Source of the DNA: Sedimenticola sp.
GTDB taxonomy: Bacteria; Pseudomonadota; Gammaproteobacteria; Chromatiales; Chromatiaceae
Length of the DNA: 64,000 bases
Reading direction: 5' to 3'
NCBI GenBank assembly: GCA_027083925.1
Contig: JALWMK010000033.1
Coordinates: 211 to 64,210 of the forward strand
Part shown: piece by piece, positions 7,765 to 14,201 of the stretch
Position numbering within the stretch: position 1 is the stretch's first letter
Layout: each line of letters begins with the position of its first letter
The notes under the pieces: model-generated
What the model was told of the DNA's origin: nothing
Databases searched by the model: none
Seen by the model: the letters and a program-made list of their open reading frames with translations, nothing else
Position numbers and translations under genes: made by a program

Positions 7765-9979
7765 CCGGGTTGAGGTGAAAAACGCCCCGCTCCATCCAGA
7801 TGGCCTTCACGGCATTTACCGACGCTTCGCTTACCCTTTGCAGGCCGTTGCGTTTGCTCCAGTCTTCGATTTCCTTGATCAGCATGCCGCGCACCCTATC
7901 CGGTGCTTTATTGATGCGTTCCCTGGCGGCTGTTTCCCAGGGCATGGTTTCCCTGTGTGGTTCTGAACCGGATTGAAACGATTGCAATACCTGCTGCACG
8001 AATGCGGGTTCGATGGTATCCATGTCTTTCCGGGCGGCAATTTCCTGAGCCGCCTTGCGGGTCATGTCGCGGCAGAACCCTGGTGGCACGTTGTTCAGCA
8101 GGGCTTCTGCCTCCCTCTCCCATCGTATTTTTGCAGTGGGGCGGGACTCCCGGCCCGGCGTATCGGATTTTCCGGCTGCGGTGAAGGGACAGCGACTATT
8201 GTTGCTGTCCGGGACGGGTTCTTCTGTGGCTGAGGTGGCAGCCATTTGCCCTTCCATGGCCTTGCGTGCTTCGGCCAGTCCTGCTTCAGCGGTTGTCAGG
8301 CTGATTTCTGTCAGCCCCTGGTTTTTTGCATGGTTTTCGATGTGCTGCCGGGAGCTGTCGCGCATAAAACCCTCGGGTACGCGCATGAGCCGGGCAAGGG
8401 CTGCGGCCTGCCATTGCAGGGGGGGCTGTATTGCATCGGCCTGGAGGCCTGTGCTGTCTTGATTGCCAGGAAGAGTCGCTGCCGCTGTTCCCGGCTGAAA
8501 GCGGGCAACAGGGACGTTCTCGTCAAGAAAGGCCTGGATGTGCGTGGCCTCCACGATCTGACTGCCTGTGGTGCGGGCTTTCTTTTCTGCGCGCATGCTC
8601 AGGTTGCCGCGCAGGCTGAGATCCTTGATGGTGAGCAGTAGCGCGGTGGCTGCTTCGCTCCAGCGCATGATGTTGTGTGCTTCGGGCTTGCGCTTGAGGT
8701 CGCCACGATCATAGGCTTCGACGATTTCTCCCATGGCCTGCTCTGCGTGGCCGGGCATGAGCTGGGCGGTGGCTTCTTCGACGATATTCTCGGTGATGAC
8801 GGTATGGCCTTTTTCCTGGGCGTAGCGCAGGATGGCCATGCGCGCCATGCTGCGCACGAATGAGGGTACCCGTTTCATGCGGGTTTCCGCCTCGTGGGTC
8901 CAGGATGTGCTCACGGCTGCCAGCCTGTCTACCTGGGGTTGGTGCTCGCGCTGGCTGAGCAGTACAGCGCAGGGAGCATCGTTAAGCAGATGCTCGGCGT
9001 TTCCGCCAATGTCCAGTTCCGGGTCAGCGTGGATGCCGGTGGTTCCCAGTACCAGCAGGGAAGGTTCGATCTCGTGCAGGTAGCGGTTGATGACTTCGTG
9101 GGGCTTGCCGTCCAGTAGTATGGTTTCCACTTCCATGCCGTAGTCTTTGGCGATGGACTGCACCACGGACAGATGTCCCTGGTAGATCTTTGCCAGGCCG
9201 GAGTCGATGATTTCCTCGTGGAGCTTTTCCTGCTCCTGAAACTTGAATACCTTGCCTGCTTCTTCCGATAATACCCCGGCAATGCGGTTGAAAGCGACAT
9301 AGTGATAATAGGGGTCGAATGCAGATACCACTTTTATTTCTGCGCCCCAGGTTTTTGCCAGACTCAGGGCGGTGAGCAGGCCGCCGTAGGATTTGGCAGA
9401 GCCATCTACGCCTACTACGATTGGTCCGTCAGCGAGTTGGCGGACGGGGTCTTTGATGGTCAGGGTGTCGATGTTGCTGCGCCGTGATACCCGCTGGCAG
9501 ACCGTGCCCAGACGGCTGCCCTTGACAGCGCCAAGGCCAAGGGCTCCCATGATCAGCAAATCGTAGTTGCCGCTGTTGGCTTCGTTCACCAGTTCGCGGT
9601 AGTTTTTTCCTTCCAGGGAGCGGCGTTGCACCCGTAGTTTTTCTCCGGCGGCGGTTTCCACCTGATCCAGATAGGAGTCGGTGATTATCGACAGTCCCCG
9701 GGTGATCAGATCATCATGTACATCGCGCTGGCGCTCCAGTTCCTGCTCTTCACGAAACTGTGCCGGAAGCCCGCCTTCCATTTGCCGAAACCGTGCATCA
9801 TGGAGCTTTGCGGCGTATACATGAGCCGCTGTAAGCTGCGCCTGGTATTGCCCCGCCAGGGCAATGGCTTCCAGGGTTCCCCGATTGGCATGATCTGAGG
9901 AATCCACAGCCAGCAGGATGGACGAGTAGCCAGGCAGTGCAGGCGTTGTTTCGGGTTTGTCTTGTGCTCGTGCATTCAT
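7745..9979 (-). CDS. tandem universal-stress-protein (USP) domains fused to five PCP_red-like repeats
   Basis: 744-aa ORF. Two USP-like halves (ILLAVDSSDHA...LLIMGALG and IVVGVDGSAKS...LLVLGTTG) are followed by five repeats such as WTHEAETRMKRVPSFVRSMA and WEREAEALLNNVPPGFCRDMT. Confidence 0.8.
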   Translation of the reverse strand: MNARAQDKPETTPALPGYSSILLAVDSSDHANRGTLEAIALAGQYQAQLTAAHVYAAKLHDARFRQMEGGLPAQFREEQELERQRDVHDDLITRGLSIITDSYLDQVETAAGEKLRVQRRSLEGKNYRELVNEANSGNYDLLIMGALGLGAVKGSRLGTVCQRVSRRSNIDTLTIKDPVRQLADGPIVVGVDGSAKSYGGLLTALSLAKTWGAEIKVVSAFDPYYHYVAFNRIAGVLSEEAGKVFKFQEQEKLHEEIIDSGLAKIYQGHLSVVQSIAKDYGMEVETILLDGKPHEVINRYLHEIEPSLLVLGTTGIHADPELDIGGNAEHLLNDAPCAVLLSQREHQPQVDRLAAVSTSWTHEAETRMKRVPSFVRSMARMAILRYAQEKGHTVITENIVEEATAQLMPGHAEQAMGEIVEAYDRGDLKRKPEAHNIMRWSEAATALLLTIKDLSLRGNLSMRAEKKARTTGSQIVEATHIQAFLDENVPVARFQPGTAAATLPGNQDSTGLQADAIQPPLQWQAAALARLMRVPEGFMRDSSRQHIENHAKNQGLTEISLTTAEAGLAEARKAMEGQMAATSATEEPVPDSNNSRCPFTAAGKSDTPGRESRPTAKIRWEREAEALLNNVPPGFCRDMTRKAAQEIAARKDMDTIEPAFVQQVLQSFQSGSEPHRETMPWETAARERINKAPDRVRGMLIKEIEDWSKRNGLQRVSEASVNAVKAIWMERGVFHLNPDDSRNG

Positions 9980-10070
9980 AAGCGGATCTGCCTAAAAAAT
10001 CAGCCGAGATTTGTTGGCATGGCAATTCACGGCTGGTTCGGGTGGGGTGGAGATAATGTGCTTGCTTTAT

Positions 10071-10116
10071 TCACCCGGCATCAACAGGGGCTGGGCAGGA
10101 AGTCAATGCCGGGTGA
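10071..10116 (-). terminator. 11-bp-stem hairpin downstream of the 42-aa ORF (possible terminator/attenuator, no U-tract)
   Basis: TCACCCGGCAT (10071-10081) is the perfect reverse complement of ATGCCGGGTGA (10106-10116). The loop is 24 nt and no T-run follows on the minus strand. Confidence 0.3.
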
Positions 10117-10119
10117 ATA

Positions 10120-10248
10120 TCAATGCAATAACCAGTAACCGACAATGTAACCGATAACCACCAGATTAATGATGCCGCCGATAATAGCCATGCCGTCTAA
10201 AAGGCTGGGCCGCCATTTTTGCCTTGTGGCCACTGTTGCTGACTTCAT
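10120..10248 (-). CDS. 42-aa single-pass membrane ORF (not in supplied track)
   Basis: My own translation: MKSATVATRQKWRPSLLDGMAIIGGIINLVVIGYIVGYWLLH. It starts 7 nt after the cupredoxin stop, has a weak SD, and is followed by the hairpin. Confidence 0.3.
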   Translation of the reverse strand: MKSATVATRQKWRPSLLDGMAIIGGIINLVVIGYIVGYWLLH

Positions 10249-10254
10249 GCCGGC

Positions 10255-10995
10255 TTACTTGAAAGTGAAGTCAACGGTTGCAGTGCCGCCGGTATCCACG
10301 GTCACTTTGGCTTTCTGGTTCTTCAACATGCCATGCCAGGCTTTGATGGTGTATTTACCCGGAGGAACATCTTTGATGGTGAAGCTGCCATCATCCGCAA
10401 CTTTGGCAAAGTACGGGTTTTTGGCAATGAAAACGAATCCGTGCATGAAGTCGTGGGCATCACATTCCACTTTCATGGCGGGTCCCTTCTTGACCTTGAT
10501 TGTGGATTTCACTACGCCGGGCTTGGGCTGACTGATATTTGTCAGGGTTTTTTTCGGCCCCTTGGCATCGCCGCGTATCAGTTCATAGGTGTGAATGTTA
10601 TGCAGGATGGGATCATCGTTTACGGCAGAAAGAACTGCCTTGTTTTTCATCACCTGGAGAAAGGGTTTGAACTCGCAGCCTTTCTGATCAATGGTGGCGT
10701 CGCCTACATCAGTAGGGAAGGGCTTGCCTTCCTTGACCTTCTCCAGATAAACCACAGCATCCATCAGGTGGCCGTTTTCCACCCGTACAAAGTCGATCTC
10801 GCGCACTCCGGTGCCACATACGTCGTTGTCCTTGGAAATGGTATATGTCTTTGGTGGCCGATCCTTGCCTGCAAATTTCACGCTGCCGGTAATGGTTCCG
10901 CCGTTGGAAACGCCGGTCTCCTTGTAGGCTGCCTGACTCGCCAGGGGCAAGGCGCAAAGACCGGCAATGCTGAGGGTAACGAGTGCTTTTTTCAT
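10255..10995 (-). CDS. secreted cupredoxin-like (type-1 copper) protein with CarboxypepD_reg-like beta-sandwich
   Basis: 246-aa ORF with a signal peptide (…LPLASQAAY). Candidate Cu ligands are LHNIH plus C-DA-H-DF-M, the same C-x2-H-x2-M loop spacing as amicyanin CTPHPFM. C-terminal DGSFTIKDVPPGKYTIKAWH. Confidence 0.7.
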   Translation of the reverse strand: MKKALVTLSIAGLCALPLASQAAYKETGVSNGGTITGSVKFAGKDRPPKTYTISKDNDVCGTGVREIDFVRVENGHLMDAVVYLEKVKEGKPFPTDVGDATIDQKGCEFKPFLQVMKNKAVLSAVNDDPILHNIHTYELIRGDAKGPKKTLTNISQPKPGVVKSTIKVKKGPAMKVECDAHDFMHGFVFIAKNPYFAKVADDGSFTIKDVPPGKYTIKAWHGMLKNQKAKVTVDTGGTATVDFTFK

Positions 10996-11018
10996 GGTGC
11001 TGTCTCCTGGGTATGGTT

Positions 11019-13415
11019 TCAGGCTGCCTGTTCAGGGTTGTCCTGTGCAGTCAGCAGTTCTTCTATCATTTCAATATATACGCTGCGTTTGACGCTGTCG
11101 TCGGCCTGCTTGAGGTTTGCCAGCAATATGCTGTTGGCAAGGTCGGTATCGAATTGACGCAGCGCACGGCCAATCAGCCTCGCTTCTTCTCCGGTGCCTA
11201 TGGTAACGCCATCGATAATCTTTTCGACTGCTTTGCGGGTAAATGATTCCTCCTGCAAAGGCTCCAGCAGCCTCGCCAGGCCCTTGGCTGCAGTGACGCG
11301 CACACCCATTTCACTGTCTTCCAGGCATTCCATGAGCCTGCGGGCAATGCTCAGGGCTGGGACATCACGTATAACCATGTGATCCGCCTTGAGCGGATCC
11401 TGACTGTTGAGAGATAGATGCACCAGGGCATCAATAGCCTGGATGCGCAGGGTGAATTCCGGGGCTTTCAGTGTTTCCACCAATGGAACCAGGGCGGCCC
11501 GGTTGCCGATATGGCTCAGTGCTCTGGCGCTGGCAATTTTCTGATCCAGATCGCCAATGGCCAATTGGGTGATCAGGGTGCCGACGGCGTCGGACAAACC
11601 GGCAAGCAGCGGGTTGCGCTGCGCCATGATGCCGATGGACTCTGCTGCTTCCCGGCGTACCGGGGCGGCATCGTCATTGAGCGCCTGGATCAGGGTTTGC
11701 AGTACCTCTGCCTCGTCGATATCTGCAAGCACATGCGCCGCCAGCCGGCGTATATCCTGCTGCGCATCGATTTTGCGGTTGGAGCGCATGCGTCGCATAA
11801 GTTCCTTGTTGTCTTCAACGATTTCCATGTATTCCAAAGTGGCTTCGTCCTGGATATCCTCTACCGGATGCGGGGTGGCAAGCATGGTTTCCACATTTGC
11901 CATGCTGATTGCATCCAGGGTGGACATGGCGGGTGCGACTTCGCCTTCGGCGACGATTTGGGCGGGTGTTTCTGGTAGATCGAGGTCAGTTTCTGCCGGT
12001 GTTGATGCTTCTGGCAGGTTTTCCTCGCTATCGTGCAAATCTTCCGCGCCTTCGATGCTGGTGTCCAGGGTCACTTCCACGGGAGCGGCGGCGGCCGGTG
12101 GCTCCGGAACGGTGATTTCCCCGTTCAATGCACCCATGATCAGATCCAGAGGCCGGGACAATGGCGCCTCTTTGTCATCCGGCTGTAAAATCAGGCCGGT
12201 TTTTTCCAGCTCCATCAAGGCTGCCAGGGCTGCCAGACGCACCACTTGCTGTTCATCCGTAATGGCCTTTTCCAGCGTACCGAGTACTTGTGCATCGATC
12301 TGCCCCAGGCTGCCAATGGCAGTGGCAGCCTCTTTTCGCACCATGGGATGGACGCTGCTGTCGGCTACTATCTCCAGCAGGTGCGTGATGGCGGATATGT
12401 TCCCGTTGGCCCCGAGGAGGGCGCAGGCAGCAGCAGCCGTTTCGGCAGCAGTATCGCGAATGTGATCGAGCACGACTTGAAAATTCGCTGCCGACAGTGG
12501 GTTGTCGGCAACAACCGGCAACAGCATGGAGTACAGGATGGCACGCACCTCAGGGTCGGGGTCAGCCAGCATGTCCTGGAATGCTTCTTCGATGTGCGGT
12601 GTATTGTCACTGTTTTGCGCCAGTCGGGTAACGGCCTTGAGCGATGCCTGGCGTACCTGGTTGTCTGGGTCGCGCAACAGCAGGGTCAGGGCGCTGAGGT
12701 AGGAAATGGCATTTTGTTTGGAAAGGGACAAGGCAGCTTCTGCACGCACGTCGGCGGCGGGATCCGTCAGCGCACGCCCCAAGGCTCTGGTGGCCTCGCT
12801 GGAGGGGGAGCGCGCCAACGCATGGGCTGCCCTGCGCCGGTGAATGGGGGTACTGTCCTGGTTCTGCAGCCGCTCGATGACCCGGGCTTCGCCATTGCTG
12901 GATATCCGGATCAGGGTATTGAGAATATCGGGTTCCATGTCCTGCTGGGTTTCATCACCAATAAGAGCAGCGAGGCGATCAACCGCTTTTTCCGCCTGTA
13001 GTGTTCCCAGCGCGTGAACAGCGGCCTTCTGCACATCCCACCAGGTGTCCCAGTCGTCGTCCCATTCCATGTTTTCCGGGCGCTCCAGGCAGATTTTCAG
13101 CAGGGGATCGATGGTATCGGGGTCTCCGATCTTGCCGAGCGCAACAGCCACCATGGTACACACCTCGCCACTGGGGTCATTCTCCAGGGATTCGATCAAC
13201 GCTGGCACCGCTTTTGGCGAACCAATATTTCCCAATGCCTCTGCGGCATCGATGGCAACGTCCAGATCCTCATCCCTGAGATGCTCAATCAGGGTTTCAA
13301 TGGGTGCCGCATCTCCCAGCAGGCCCAAGGCGCGGGCTGCATAGCAGCGATCTGCTTCATCACCAGTTTGAACAAGCTGGCACAAGGTGTCCACGGTTTC
13401 TCTGTATGTTGTCAT
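11019..13415 (-). CDS. cytoplasmic HEAT-repeat (PBS-lyase-type) protein with acidic central linker
   Basis: 798-aa ORF. Many repeats of the D..VR..AA.ALG..G pattern, no signal peptide, and an acidic, low-complexity middle region. Confidence 0.8.
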   Translation of the reverse strand: MTTYRETVDTLCQLVQTGDEADRCYAARALGLLGDAAPIETLIEHLRDEDLDVAIDAAEALGNIGSPKAVPALIESLENDPSGEVCTMVAVALGKIGDPDTIDPLLKICLERPENMEWDDDWDTWWDVQKAAVHALGTLQAEKAVDRLAALIGDETQQDMEPDILNTLIRISSNGEARVIERLQNQDSTPIHRRRAAHALARSPSSEATRALGRALTDPAADVRAEAALSLSKQNAISYLSALTLLLRDPDNQVRQASLKAVTRLAQNSDNTPHIEEAFQDMLADPDPEVRAILYSMLLPVVADNPLSAANFQVVLDHIRDTAAETAAAACALLGANGNISAITHLLEIVADSSVHPMVRKEAATAIGSLGQIDAQVLGTLEKAITDEQQVVRLAALAALMELEKTGLILQPDDKEAPLSRPLDLIMGALNGEITVPEPPAAAAPVEVTLDTSIEGAEDLHDSEENLPEASTPAETDLDLPETPAQIVAEGEVAPAMSTLDAISMANVETMLATPHPVEDIQDEATLEYMEIVEDNKELMRRMRSNRKIDAQQDIRRLAAHVLADIDEAEVLQTLIQALNDDAAPVRREAAESIGIMAQRNPLLAGLSDAVGTLITQLAIGDLDQKIASARALSHIGNRAALVPLVETLKAPEFTLRIQAIDALVHLSLNSQDPLKADHMVIRDVPALSIARRLMECLEDSEMGVRVTAAKGLARLLEPLQEESFTRKAVEKIIDGVTIGTGEEARLIGRALRQFDTDLANSILLANLKQADDSVKRSVYIEMIEELLTAQDNPEQAA

Positions 13416-13459
13416 GGTTGTGTTCCGAAATTCCTGTGACGGTCTTGGGATATAAATTA

Positions 13460-13475
13460 TGCATTATTCATGCCA
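13460..13475 (-). promoter_or_regulatory. candidate sigma-54 (-24/-12) promoter for the HEAT/cupredoxin operon
   Basis: The minus strand reads TGGCATGAATAATGCA. GG-N10-GC spacing is kept and 10 of 12 specified positions of TGGCACG-N4-TTGCW match. It lies ~45 nt upstream of the ATG at 13415. Confidence 0.45.
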
Positions 13476-13536
13476 TGCAGGAGGCCGATAATGTGCTTGT
13501 TCATGGGGGTGCCGGGTGATATGCCACAGGAGGAGC

Positions 13537-13551
13537 TGAACGCATCGTTCA
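13537..13551. promoter_or_regulatory. perfect palindrome TGAACG-CAT-CGTTCA (candidate enhancer/UAS)
   Basis: Lies between the two divergent sigma-54-like promoters. Related TGAA...TTCA motifs occur at 13630-13640 and 13656-13671. Confidence 0.3.
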
Positions 13552-13799
13552 ATAGCCTGTCGCGATACTTTCTGAATGCATCAATATGTGCAATATCGGG
13601 TGTCGGGTTTGCTTTTGTCAGCGCGAGCCTGAACAACGGAAATGCCAATGAAATTTGAAGAATTTCGTTCAGCTGTTCCACCAGTGTGAATGCTTTGTTC
13701 AAGAATGCAGGGAATATGCTGCTCCTGTAAGTGCTCATGGGGATCGGCATCAGCCCGGCTACGGTGCTTTTCAATGAGTTATTGTCTGCTCCATGCTGT

Positions 13800-13815
13800 T
13801 GGCTTGGTTTTTGCT
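13800..13815 (+). promoter_or_regulatory. candidate sigma-54 (-24/-12) promoter for the cydA-like operon
   Basis: TGGCTTGGTTTTTGCT. GG-N10-GC spacing is kept and 10 of 12 specified consensus positions match. It lies ~60 nt upstream of the ATG at 13875. Confidence 0.45.
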
Positions 13816-13874
13816 AACCATCACTTTGGAGGCGAACCGTAGTCGTTCTTTATATGCCCGTCAGGAGATTCAGC

Positions 13875-14030
13875 ATGGCCGAGTTACCAGAAGAAGAAGT
13901 GAAATCCCCACCATCGGGGGAGCAAAACAATTGGGGAAAAAAGCTGTTTTTCGGCACCTTGATTGCGCTGCTGGCTTTTTTCTACTGGCTGCTGATCTAT
14001 TCCGGCGGCGTAACAGCCAGCCACGGCTAG
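13875..14030 (+). CDS. 51-aa single-pass membrane ORF (not in supplied track)
   Basis: SD AGGAG lies 7 nt upstream. Translation: MAELPEEEVKSPPSGEQNNWGKKLFFGTLIALLAFFYWLLIYSGGVTASHG. Confidence 0.45.
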   Translation: MAELPEEEVKSPPSGEQNNWGKKLFFGTLIALLAFFYWLLIYSGGVTASHG

Positions 14031-14043
14031 CCCGGAGGGAAAA

Positions 14044-14196
14044 ATGGAACAACAGAACAAGACGGGAGTTGCCGGCCAGTTGGCGGCAGTGGTGATTGCC
14101 ATTGCCATCATGCTGGCGTTCTTTTATGGGCTGGATCATCTTGTCATGGGTATGCAGGGATTGCCCTTGAATCTGGATTTGACTCCGGCAGGCTAA
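14044..14196 (+). CDS. 50-aa single-pass membrane ORF (not in supplied track)
   Basis: SD GGAGGG lies upstream. Translation: MEQQNKTGVAGQLAAVVIAIAIMLAFFYGLDHLVMGMQGLPLNLDLTPAG. It ends 5 nt before the cydA-like ATG. Confidence 0.45.
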   Translation: MEQQNKTGVAGQLAAVVIAIAIMLAFFYGLDHLVMGMQGLPLNLDLTPAG

Positions 14197-14201
14197 AACA
14201 A

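Noticed and set aside
5933-7773. Long plus-strand ORFs (5933-6982, 349 aa; 6556-7773, 405 aa) antisense to the radical SAM gene
   Set aside because: They are Ala/Arg/Ser/Gly/Pro-rich translations with no motifs, and they lie entirely inside a minus-strand gene carrying unambiguous radical SAM/SPASM motifs. These are typical shadow ORFs of GC-rich DNA.
11557-12465. 302-aa plus-strand ORF (and neighbours 11418-11978, 12246-13001, 13014-13439) antisense to the HEAT-repeat gene
   Set aside because: They have Ser/Ala/Arg-rich compositions. The minus frame shows regular HEAT repeats over its full length.
13457-13774. 105-aa minus-strand ORF in the divergent intergenic region
   Set aside because: It has a TTG start and no SD (nor is there one for the internal ATG at 13750). 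It lies in a region that looks AT-richer and promoter-like by eye, and its 3' end overlaps the candidate sigma-54 promoter of the HEAT gene. I kept it as non-coding regulatory DNA. A small real protein cannot be excluded.
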